A stretch of DNA of 64,000 nt from the NCBI GenBank assembly GCA_016789725.1, contig JAEUQN010000011.1, positions 1,102 through 65,101 of the forward strand, given 5' to 3'. The notes beneath the pieces are model-generated. The model ran no database searches, was not told where the DNA came from, and saw nothing but the letters and a program-made list of their open reading frames with translations. The position numbers and the translations under genes were made by a program. Position 1 is the first letter of the stretch. Every line of letters begins with the position of its first letter. The DNA is from Blastocatellia bacterium (GTDB taxonomy: Bacteria > Acidobacteriota > Blastocatellia > RBC074). This document shows, piece after piece, positions 30,162 to 38,457 of the stretch.

Positions 30162-30278
30162 GGTGGTTGGTGACTGGTGGTTGGTGGTTGGTTGAATTCC
30201 TATCCAGAAGGTAAGGCTTCGATAATGCTCTAACCTCGAAGACAGAAAATCAGCCACCAGCCACCAGCCCCAGCCACC
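30162..30278. repeat. long hairpin with heptamer-array arms (GGTGGTT units) in the nosZ-nosB spacer
   Basis: Left arm GGTGGTTGGTGACTGGTGGTTGGTGGTTGGTTG (30162-30194). Right arm CAGCCACCAGCCACCAGCCCCAGCCACC (30251-30278). Central small hairpin CTTCGA...TCGAAG. Confidence 0.8.
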
Positions 30279-30283
30279 ATTCC

Positions 30284-32182
30284 TCACTTCTTCGCCACCG
30301 CCCCGCCCGCAGGCTTGACGATCAAGTACGATTGCATCTCCTGATGCAACGCCGAGCAGAAGTTCGTGCAATAGTACGGAAACACACCCGGCTTATCCGC
30401 GACAAAGGTCACACTCTTCGTCTCGCCCGGATCAACAACGATATTGATGTTGTATTCATTGAGCCCAAAGCCGTGCAGTTCGTCGGTCGTTTGCTCAATA
30501 TTCGTGATGTGAATCGTGACTTTATCACCCTGATTGACTTCGAGCTTGATTGGCTCAAAGCTGCTGCGCACCGCCACCATTTTCACTGTCACATTATTGC
30601 CGCTGCGTTCCATCTTTGCGTCTTTGATGTCCCAAATGGCATTCGGATTTTTGTTTTCTGCTTGGGGATACACTTCAATCGGCTTGATCTTGTCCGCTTT
30701 AATCATCTGCGAATAATGCGGCTCCGGCTCGGTGAACGCGTCGTAAATCACCTTCATCTTGTCGCCGCCGATGTTGATAAGCTGCGAGCTTTCCGGCTGC
30801 GATGGGCCAACATTCAAATGCCGTCCGTGCGAAAGTTTATTGAGGGCAACCAGATATTTGCCATCAGGATTCACGGTGTCACCTTCGGCTGAAACCAGGT
30901 GACCAATGTTGTAGGCAATCGGCACTTTGTCCACCAGTTCCCAGGTGCCGAGTTTCCATTTGGCGACGGCGCTTTCGACAAACAGGCTCGTGTAAGCAAA
31001 GCCCTGATTGTCGAATTGCGTGTGCAACGGGCCGAGGCCGACGTTGACTTCGGCTTCTTTGACGCTCTCATATTTCAGCACCGGGATGCCGTCTTCTTCG
31101 CCCGCGAAATCCTTTGCCGAAATCGCTTTCAGCATCTTCTCAACACTGAACGAAGTTGTGATGGATTGCAGCTTGCCGCTGCCGACAAAGTATTTGCCAT
31201 CAGGAGTAACATCCACACCGTGCGGGGATTTGCTGCACGGAACCAAATAAACAATGCCGGGCGTCGCTTTCGGATCAATTACTTTTACGCCGCCAATGTC
31301 TTTGATCTTGCCTTCTTTGACAGCTTTCTCGGCTTCTTTCCAATTCACCGCTGCAATGTAATCGCGGTCTTTTTGTGTTGAAGTGACTTCCAATTTGCCA
31401 GTCGCGCGTTCAGAGTTGTAGCACGTCCAAAACGCCCAGCCCTCGCTTGGGCCTTTGCCTGCATCGCCGAGATCGAAGTTGAAGGGCGGCATCAGGATTT
31501 GCCAGCCAACACTCATCTCACCCGACTTCGCGTCAATTGCCACGCCCGACACAATGCCGTTGTACTTGGTGCCGTATTCTTCAAGCGCGGCCACCGAACC
31601 TTTCGGCAGTGGCACCGAGAAGCGTGACGCGGCCAACACGTATTCGGTGTTCGGCGTCACGAAGGCGCCGCCGTGCAAGCCGGAGATGTTCGGGATTGGG
31701 CCGAGGATTTGTTTGGTTTTGAAATCGCGCAGATCAATGCGGGCAACACGATTGTTGGCGTTGTCGTTCACGAACAGCCAACGCCCATCGTAATCGCCTT
31801 TGGTTTCGCTCGCCGAAGGATGATGCACATCGCCCCATCCAAATCCGCCGAGCATCTTCTTCGTTTCGTCATCGAAGCCGTAGCCCGTCGCCGGATATTG
31901 TGCAAACACTGGAATCGTGGAAATGTGCCGCATCGAGGGGACTCCGGCGACATAGACGTTGCCGGAATGACCGCCGGAATAAAACAGATAGTATTCATCC
32001 ATCGCACCGGGCGCGACATAAGATGCGACGGCAGCGGCGGCATCCCCACCGGCTGGCATCGCGGTTTGCAGCGGACCTTGCCCACAACTTACCAGACCGA
32101 AGGTGGCAAGAGCCACCAACAACCCACCCGCACCAAACCATTTGATTTTTGCTTTGTCTAAGTTTGAAAACGAACGTTTCAT
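30284..32182 (-). CDS. nosZ: nitrous-oxide reductase, clade II (Sec/lipoprotein-type signal)
   Basis: GDVHHPS (DxHH) CuZ-region motif. C-terminal CuA site CTNFCSALHQEM. N-terminus without twin-arginine and with lipobox GLVSC. Confidence 0.93.
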   Translation of the reverse strand: MKRSFSNLDKAKIKWFGAGGLLVALATFGLVSCGQGPLQTAMPAGGDAAAAVASYVAPGAMDEYYLFYSGGHSGNVYVAGVPSMRHISTIPVFAQYPATGYGFDDETKKMLGGFGWGDVHHPSASETKGDYDGRWLFVNDNANNRVARIDLRDFKTKQILGPIPNISGLHGGAFVTPNTEYVLAASRFSVPLPKGSVAALEEYGTKYNGIVSGVAIDAKSGEMSVGWQILMPPFNFDLGDAGKGPSEGWAFWTCYNSERATGKLEVTSTQKDRDYIAAVNWKEAEKAVKEGKIKDIGGVKVIDPKATPGIVYLVPCSKSPHGVDVTPDGKYFVGSGKLQSITTSFSVEKMLKAISAKDFAGEEDGIPVLKYESVKEAEVNVGLGPLHTQFDNQGFAYTSLFVESAVAKWKLGTWELVDKVPIAYNIGHLVSAEGDTVNPDGKYLVALNKLSHGRHLNVGPSQPESSQLINIGGDKMKVIYDAFTEPEPHYSQMIKADKIKPIEVYPQAENKNPNAIWDIKDAKMERSGNNVTVKMVAVRSSFEPIKLEVNQGDKVTIHITNIEQTTDELHGFGLNEYNINIVVDPGETKSVTFVADKPGVFPYYCTNFCSALHQEMQSYLIVKPAGGAVAKK

Positions 32183-32257
32183 GTGGTCCTCCTTTTCAGG
32201 ACTTGATTGATGAACCTCTGGCTACTGACGAATGAAGCCCCCCGTCCTTACCACAAA

Positions 32258-32650
32258 TTACTTGCCGGGTTTGTTTTCATGAGCGTATTTCAAAAGCTCA
32301 ATGACCTTGCGCTTTTCGTCATCAGTCAGTTTGATTTTGTCTTTAAGAACCATTTGCATGGTCCCGGTTGGGCTTTTCAGGAAGTTTTCCAATGATGTGC
32401 CGAACCGCTTTTGCACATCGGTGTAAGCGTCCGCGAGATCAGGGCCGGACTTGTTTTGTGAATCCAGTCCGAAGGTGCTGACCGCGTGGCATTCAGTGCA
32501 GCCTTTGGTTTGAAAGAACGCCTTACCTTCCGCCATCTCACTAGCGCCACCACAACTGATGAGAATGGCGCTGGTCGTGAGTGTGGTTGCCAGTAGGATC
32601 AGCTTGCCGAGTTGTATGAATCGTGCAGGTGTTGGGAGTGTTTTACTCAT
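32258..32650 (-). CDS. monohaem c-type cytochrome lipoprotein (NosC-like electron donor)
   Basis: CTECH haem motif; lipobox LISC; immediately upstream of nosZ on the same strand. Confidence 0.8.
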   Translation of the reverse strand: MSKTLPTPARFIQLGKLILLATTLTTSAILISCGGASEMAEGKAFFQTKGCTECHAVSTFGLDSQNKSGPDLADAYTDVQKRFGTSLENFLKSPTGTMQMVLKDKIKLTDDEKRKVIELLKYAHENKPGK

Positions 32651-32773
32651 AATGCCCTTTCTAAAAGATGAATGAAACCAGAGGGAAGCTATTCTTCATT
32701 CGTAGCTGAACAGCGTTGTGCAATGTTTGTGCCGTAGCAGGGCAAGCGAAAATCTTTCTGCACCTGGCGGCTG

Positions 32774-32831
32774 AAAAGTGAATTTTTCCGCAGTCATAAC
32801 CCACCTTTCAGGCTGGCTGGGGAAAATTCAC
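32774..32831 (-). terminator. hairpin after the RIC gene
   Basis: GTGAATTTTTCC (32778-32789) / GGGGAAAATTCAC (32819-32831), followed on the minus strand by TTTT. Confidence 0.45.
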
Positions 32832-32839
32832 AGGCCTGT

Positions 32840-33562
32840 TCATATTTCTTGCTCCATCGCCAACGCTTTCGGAAACAGCAGGTTGTTTTCCAAATGAATA
32901 TGTTGGTGTAAATCCGCTTCCAACTCCGCGAGGGCTTGATAGAGCGTTTGATAACTCATACAAACGTCGGCGGGGACTGCGTAATCCTGCGTGATGGTAC
33001 GCATCTCCTTGAGCAAATCACCCGCGGCCTCGTGTTCAAGCATCATCATCCGCACCGGATTTTGCACCGTCCCAAAGCACGACATTGGAATGAGAGTGCC
33101 CTTGGTAAAGGCGGCTTCCAGTTTGGTTACATAGGGGAACAGCACTTGTTCTTCTTTGAATAAATGTGGTTCCAGTTCTTGTTTCAAAGCCAGAAAGACG
33201 GGTTGGAGTTGCAGCAGTTCAGGATGTTGTGCGCCGTGGACAGTACAGACTTTATTCATCAACTTTTCCAGGCGCGGTAGTTCATCTTTAGTGAAGATGT
33301 GGTGGTTTTCGACAATATGTTGAATGAGCGTAGTCAGGGAAGCCGTTGACCAGTTGGCCTCTTCTTCTGGCGAGGCCCCGGCCTGTGCGAGCGAAGTCGT
33401 AACCTGCTCGACTGGCACTTTAGCTTTGACGCAGGCATCGGCGAGTGTGCGATGACCACCGCAGCAATAATCAATGCCCAGTTTCTCGAATACCCGAGTT
33501 GCCCCCGGCATTGTTACTGCTAAATCTCGGACGGTGGTTGTAACGTTAATATTCATTGCCAA
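32840..33562 (-). CDS. iron-sulfur cluster repair di-iron protein (RIC; ScdA/YtfE/DnrN family)
   Basis: N-terminal GIDYCCGG motif plus hemerythrin-like His/Glu-rich C-terminus (HHIFTKDE..., LEHEAAG..., HIHLENN). Confidence 0.88.
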   Translation of the reverse strand: MAMNINVTTTVRDLAVTMPGATRVFEKLGIDYCCGGHRTLADACVKAKVPVEQVTTSLAQAGASPEEEANWSTASLTTLIQHIVENHHIFTKDELPRLEKLMNKVCTVHGAQHPELLQLQPVFLALKQELEPHLFKEEQVLFPYVTKLEAAFTKGTLIPMSCFGTVQNPVRMMMLEHEAAGDLLKEMRTITQDYAVPADVCMSYQTLYQALAELEADLHQHIHLENNLLFPKALAMEQEI

Positions 33563-33619
33563 GCTCCTTTCAAGGTTGTTGCTGGGCGGAAGTGTAGCGG
33601 GCGGAAATAGGGTTGGCTG

Positions 33620-33631
33620 TGACTTAAGTCA
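33620..33631. promoter_or_regulatory. perfect 12-bp palindrome TGACTTAAGTCA in the divergent RIC / crp-fnr promoter region (candidate Crp/Fnr-family box)
   Basis: Lies about 58 nt from the RIC start and about 63 nt from the crp/fnr start. Half-sites TGAC-N4-GTCA resemble the TTGAT-N4-ATCAA / TTGAC-N4-GTCAA class. Confidence 0.35.
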
Positions 33632-33693
33632 TCGGGGCAAATATTTTTTCCGCCGCTTGCATCACCTTCGTCACCGCGCGAAGATAGGCGGCA

Positions 33694-34386
33694 ATGGCAA
33701 CCGATAAACTTTCTGCCTTACGACGTACCATTTTGTTTGGCGAGTTGAGCGACGCGGAATTACACGCGCTGGCTGACCGCGTGGTTGAGCGCCGCTTAGC
33801 GCGCGGTGAAGTCCTGTTTGTCGCAGGTGATGAAGCCGCCGGATTGTTTGTGATTGCCGAGGGAGCGTTGCGCGCCTATCGAGAAGGATTGGACGGACGC
33901 GAGCAGGTGATTCACGTCGAACGCGCGGGGGCGACGATTGCCGAACTGCCCGTCTTCGATAATCGTCCTTACCCTTCGACAGTGGCCGCAGAAGAAGAAA
34001 CGATGGTGCTGTTTATTGACAAGCGCGATGTGAAACGGCTGTGTCTGGAATATCCTAACATTGCGCTCGCCGCCTTGAAATTATTGGCGAGCCGCTTGCG
34101 CCGTTGTGCGGAACTGGTTGAGGCACTTTCCTTGCGCGAAGTGGATCAACGGCTTGCGCATTGGCTTTTGAGTGCGGCGCGAGTGCGGGGTACGCGTGTC
34201 GGCGAAAGCCTTCAATTCACCTTACATCTCACCAACCAACAAATTGCCGCGCGCATTGGTTCCGTTCGTGAAGTCGTTTCGCGTGCATTAACCCGTCTGC
34301 AAAATAACGGATTGATTGTTGTAGATGGGCGTGTCGTGCAGATTCCCGATGAAGAGGCGTTGGAGTTGTATGCCGACGGAAGTTAG
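33694..34386 (+). CDS. Crp/Fnr-family transcriptional regulator
   Basis: cNMP-binding fold followed by C-terminal HTH (LTNQQIAARIGSVREVVSRALTRL). No N-terminal Cys cluster, so Dnr/NnrR-like rather than Fnr. Confidence 0.85.
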   Translation: MATDKLSALRRTILFGELSDAELHALADRVVERRLARGEVLFVAGDEAAGLFVIAEGALRAYREGLDGREQVIHVERAGATIAELPVFDNRPYPSTVAAEEETMVLFIDKRDVKRLCLEYPNIALAALKLLASRLRRCAELVEALSLREVDQRLAHWLLSAARVRGTRVGESLQFTLHLTNQQIAARIGSVREVVSRALTRLQNNGLIVVDGRVVQIPDEEALELYADGS

Positions 34387-34622
34387 TTGTTGAGTTGCGC
34401 TTCGAGGTCGGCGAGTGCGCGTGCAAGGCTTTGTTTATGCACCTCCGAACGCGCTCGACTGAGTTGTTCGCGCAACCGCGACTGCGCGAGTTGTAAGTTG
34501 GCGATTCGTTCGCGTTGGGCAAGTTCTGCGGTAGACAGCTTGGGTGCAATTGCAGTGCGCTTGCGTTCCTCGGCTTCCGCGATTTGATCTTCAACCGATT
34601 TGCTTTCCCACCCACGAGCCAT
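34383..34622 (-). CDS. hypothetical coiled-coil protein (79 aa from ATG 34622)
   Basis: ORF MARGWESKSVEDQIAEAEERKR... The TTG extension to 34646 runs into the repeat arm. Confidence 0.45.
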   Translation of the reverse strand: MARGWESKSVEDQIAEAEERKRTAIAPKLSTAELAQRERIANLQLAQSRLREQLSRARSEVHKQSLARALADLEAQLNN

Positions 34623-34632
34623 AAAAAGCTTC

Positions 34633-34813
34633 AAATCAAAAGGCAAAAATCAAAAGGCAAAAGGCAAAAGCTCATTCGGAGGCAAAGCCATGTTTTTCAG
34701 ATTTCTAAACCCATCGTTGCAACCGAAGGTAAAACAAAAAGAAAATAAAGTGCCGACCTTTTGCCGCCAGTTGCGACTGTTTGAGATTTGCTTTTTGCCT
34801 TTTGATTTTTCGA
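34633..34813. repeat. MITE-like element with GCAAAAG-heptamer arms (copy 1)
   Basis: Left arm AAATCAAAAGGCAAAAATCAAAAGGCAAAAGGCAAAAG and right arm GCTTTTTGCCTTTTGATTTTTCGA. The core AGAAAATAAAGTGCCGACCTTTTGCC is the reverse complement (25/26) of the core in copy 2. Confidence 0.8.
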
Positions 34814-34814
34814 T

Positions 34815-36938
34815 TTACTTGAGGACTTTCACCAAAAAGCCCCATTTATCTGCAATTTCTTCAATGATTTTTGCGGTCGGTTTGCCTGCGCCGTGTCCGG
34901 CTTTGGTTTCAATGCGAATCAGAATCGGACTCGCTCCGGCTTGCGCTTCCTGCATGGTCGCCGCGAATTTGAATGAGTGCGCCGGTACGACGCGATCATC
35001 GTGATCCGCCGTTGTCACCATCGTCGCTGGGTATTTCGTGCCGGACTTGATGTTGTGCAGCGGCGAATACGCATACAACGCTTTGAATTCTTCGGCGTTG
35101 TCGGACGAACCGTAATCCGAAGTCCAAGCCCAGCCAATCGTGAATTTCTGAAACCGCAACATATCCATCACACCGACCGCAGGCAACGCCGCCCCAAATA
35201 AATCGGGTCGCTGCGTGATGCACGCGCCCACGAGCAAGCCGCCGTTCGACCCACCACCAATCGCCAGCTTTGGTGATGAGGTGTATTGGTTCGCAATCAA
35301 CCACTGCGCGGCCGCGATGAAATCATCGAAGACGTTTTGCTTCTTGAGCTTCATTCCCGCCTGATGCCAGTCTTCGCCGTATTCGCCGCCGCCGCGCAAA
35401 TTCGGTTGCGCATAGACGCCGCCCATTTCCATCCACACCAGATTGCCTATCGAAAACGCAGGCGTCAGCGACACATTGAAGCCACCGTAGCCGTATAAAT
35501 ACGTGGGATTCGTGCCGTCGAGCTTCAAGCCTTTTTTGTGCGTAATAAACATCGGGACTTTCGTGCCGTCTTGACTCGCATAAAAAACTTGTTTGGTTTC
35601 GTAATCGTTCGGATTGAAATCCACCTTCGGCGCGCGAAACACAAACGATTTGCCTGTCGTTAAATCCACGCCGTACACGGTGCCGGGCGCTGTGAAGCCG
35701 GTGAACACATAGAACAACTCTTTGTCTTTGCGCTTGCCGCTCAAGTTTGTTGCCGTGCCAAGCCCCGGCAATCCGATCTCGCGCACAAGCTTGCCGTTCA
35801 GATCGAAGACTTTGATTTGTGACCGTGCATCCTTCAGATACGGCACGATGAATTGATCGTTGATGAGGTTGACGCCGCTTTCGCTGTCAATCGTTTCGGC
35901 GGACTGCGGCACCAGCTCTTTCCAATGTTCGCGCTCCGGTTTGCGCGCATCAATCGCCATGATGCGACCGCGCGGCGCGCTCAAATCCGTGCGAAAGTAA
36001 AACACTGGGCCGTCATTGCCGATAAAGCTGAAGGCTGCGTCGAAATCTTTGATGAGTTCCACGACCTTCGCGCCTTTCGTTTTGAGGTCTTGATAAAACA
36101 CCAGATTTTTCGGGTCAGTGCCGCGCCACACGCTGATGATCAAATAGCGACCATCGTCTGTGACTTTGCCATCAAAGCCCCATTCCTTTTGGTCTTTGCG
36201 TTCGTAGACCAACACATCGTCGGATTGCTTCGTGCCGATGCGATGGTAATAAAGTTTATGAAAGTAATTTGCGTCTTCGAGCTTCGTCTTCTCGTTCGGC
36301 TCGTCGTAGCGGCTGTAATAAAACCCCTTGTGATCGCCCTTCTCATTTTTTGTCCACGCCGCGCCGGAAAACTTCGACCACTTCAGATGATCGTCGAGGT
36401 CTTTCCCTGTTTGGACATCGCGCACTTTCCATTCCTGCCAATCCGACCCGGCAGCCGCGAGCGCGTACGCCATCAACTTGCCATCGTGGCTGATCGCCAA
36501 GCCGGACAGCGCAACCGTGCCGTCTTTCGACAGCGTGTTCGGATCAAGCAAAACACGCGGCGCGCCTTCCAACGAATTCGCCGTGTAGAGCACGCTCTGA
36601 TTTTGCAGGCCATCGTTTTTGTAAAAGAAATAGCGCCCGCCTTCCTTGAATGGCGACGAATATTTTTCGTAATCCCAGAGCTTTGTCAGCCGCTCTTTGA
36701 TCTGCTGGCGTTCGGGGATTTGGTCAAGAAATCCAAACGTCAATTTGTTCTGCGCTTCGATCCACGCGCGCGAATCTTCGGCGTCCGGGTTTTCCAACCA
36801 GCGATACGGATCGGCGACTTTGGTGCCGTGATACTCGTCCACGTGGTCAACTTTTTTTGCTTTGGGATAGATGAATATTTGCGCCATAGCTGAAGTGAAA
36901 AGCAGGGCGAGGGAAGTGAGTAGGATGATTGCTTTCAT
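34815..36938 (-). CDS. prolyl oligopeptidase (S9A)
   Basis: DPYRWLE N-terminal signature, GGSNGGLL nucleophile motif, DDRV and signal peptide. ATG 36938 or 36950. Confidence 0.92.
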   Translation of the reverse strand: MKAIILLTSLALLFTSAMAQIFIYPKAKKVDHVDEYHGTKVADPYRWLENPDAEDSRAWIEAQNKLTFGFLDQIPERQQIKERLTKLWDYEKYSSPFKEGGRYFFYKNDGLQNQSVLYTANSLEGAPRVLLDPNTLSKDGTVALSGLAISHDGKLMAYALAAAGSDWQEWKVRDVQTGKDLDDHLKWSKFSGAAWTKNEKGDHKGFYYSRYDEPNEKTKLEDANYFHKLYYHRIGTKQSDDVLVYERKDQKEWGFDGKVTDDGRYLIISVWRGTDPKNLVFYQDLKTKGAKVVELIKDFDAAFSFIGNDGPVFYFRTDLSAPRGRIMAIDARKPEREHWKELVPQSAETIDSESGVNLINDQFIVPYLKDARSQIKVFDLNGKLVREIGLPGLGTATNLSGKRKDKELFYVFTGFTAPGTVYGVDLTTGKSFVFRAPKVDFNPNDYETKQVFYASQDGTKVPMFITHKKGLKLDGTNPTYLYGYGGFNVSLTPAFSIGNLVWMEMGGVYAQPNLRGGGEYGEDWHQAGMKLKKQNVFDDFIAAAQWLIANQYTSSPKLAIGGGSNGGLLVGACITQRPDLFGAALPAVGVMDMLRFQKFTIGWAWTSDYGSSDNAEEFKALYAYSPLHNIKSGTKYPATMVTTADHDDRVVPAHSFKFAATMQEAQAGASPILIRIETKAGHGAGKPTAKIIEEIADKWGFLVKVLK

Positions 36939-37161
36939 CGCCGCCTCCATTGCTTGCTGATAAAGGCGGCTAGCTTACATCGCAATGATAGAGAATCCAA
37001 GTATGATCTTGTTCATAGCGTGTGCAATACCGCAACACAAAAGTCTCGACAAGCTATGTGGTGCGGATTAAGATTCGCCTTCTCAATCATCTGGGTTACA
37101 TTTTATAAAAGCTGCTCAGCTCCATCGTCATTAACGACCATAACTTTTTGGGGGATTTACG

Positions 37162-38346
37162 ATGTCAATAACCGACAAGCCTTTGGATGCCGTAAACGAA
37201 GCTGATTTTCAATCAATCATTGGTTCCGAGCGTGAGACGAAAACAATGGAATTCAAAGTTTCTTTGCCCGGCAATTCCGACAGCGACAAAAAAGAATTTC
37301 TCTATGATGTTAGCTCATTTGCCAATGCTTCTGGCGGGCATGTGTTCTACGGTGTGAAAGAAGAAAACGGGATTGCTGCTGAATTGCCGGGCTTGCAAAT
37401 TGATAATCCAGATGCAACGGTTTTGCGGCTCGAAGAACTTATCCGTGCGGGAATAGAGCTAAGAATACCGGGAATTCAAATTAAACCGATTCCCCTACGA
37501 GACAACAAAACAGCCATTGTGATCCGCATTCCTCAAAGTTGGGCGTTGCCCCATCGGGTCAGGTTAGGAGGCAGTTCAAGATTTTACTCGCGCAATTCTG
37601 CGGGAAAGTATGAGCTTGATGTGTCAGAACTACGCAGTCTTTTCGTGCTTTCTGAAACAAGGGCAGAAAAGCTCAGAAATTTTCGGGTCGAAAGACTAAG
37701 CCGAATCATTGCTGATGAAACGCCAGCTCTATTAGAACAAAGAGCTAAAGTCATTCTTCACGCCTTACCTATAGGAGCATTTGATTCTTCAGCCAATATT
37801 GATCTTACGCGTATTACAAACATTTGGAATAATGACGCAAGTTTACTAGCACCTCTTCATAGTTCAAGCATTAATGGGCCTCGGTACAATTTCGATGGTG
37901 TATTTACTTTTTCGCGAACCCAAGAAGCCTCAAATTCCTACTTGCAAATCTTTCGTAATGGTAGTGTTGAGACAGTGAACGCTTCATTGTTAAGGGAGTG
38001 GGAGGGGAGAAAACAAATACCCAGCATCGCGCTTGAAGAGAGCCTGCTACGAAGTAGTAAGCGGATATTGGCTTTGCAAAAATTTCTAGCAGTCAGCTCC
38101 CCTGTATTTCTAATGCTGACACTACTTGGGGTGAAGGGATATACAATGGCTGTTAATGCAAATTGGGATAGTGAAGGCCACGCAATTGACCGGGACATCT
38201 TGGTAGTATCAGAAGTCCTATTGGAGAAATTTGAAGCGGATATTGATTCAACTATGCGCCCATTATTTGATGCCGTATGGAATGCCACAGGCTGGTCACG
38301 CTCAATGAGTTATGACCAGAATGGCAAATGGAGTCCGCAAAGATAA
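37162..38346 (+). CDS. AlbA_2 (divergent AAA / Schlafen-like DNA-binding) domain protein with unknown C-terminal half
   Basis: N-terminal ...ERETKTMEFKVSLP...KEFLYDVSSFANASGGHVFYGV pattern typical of PF04326. Visibly AT-richer than its neighbours. Confidence 0.6.
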   Translation: MSITDKPLDAVNEADFQSIIGSERETKTMEFKVSLPGNSDSDKKEFLYDVSSFANASGGHVFYGVKEENGIAAELPGLQIDNPDATVLRLEELIRAGIELRIPGIQIKPIPLRDNKTAIVIRIPQSWALPHRVRLGGSSRFYSRNSAGKYELDVSELRSLFVLSETRAEKLRNFRVERLSRIIADETPALLEQRAKVILHALPIGAFDSSANIDLTRITNIWNNDASLLAPLHSSSINGPRYNFDGVFTFSRTQEASNSYLQIFRNGSVETVNASLLREWEGRKQIPSIALEESLLRSSKRILALQKFLAVSSPVFLMLTLLGVKGYTMAVNANWDSEGHAIDRDILVVSEVLLEKFEADIDSTMRPLFDAVWNATGWSRSMSYDQNGKWSPQR

Positions 38347-38457
38347 TGATGGATGTACTTCGCTTTTTGGTTCCTTCGCTCGCGTACAGCCCATAACAAA
38401 GTCCTGTATCTTGCAACATCTATGCATACTTCGCCAAATTATCCATATTCTAGTTCC

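Noticed and set aside
35853-36893. 346-aa + strand ORF
   Set aside because: It is antisense to the prolyl oligopeptidase gene, with no motifs and a biased R/F/I composition. The same reasoning applies to 3485..4360(-), 12161..12886(-), 28503..29066(+), 30332..30892(+) and 39175..39807(+).
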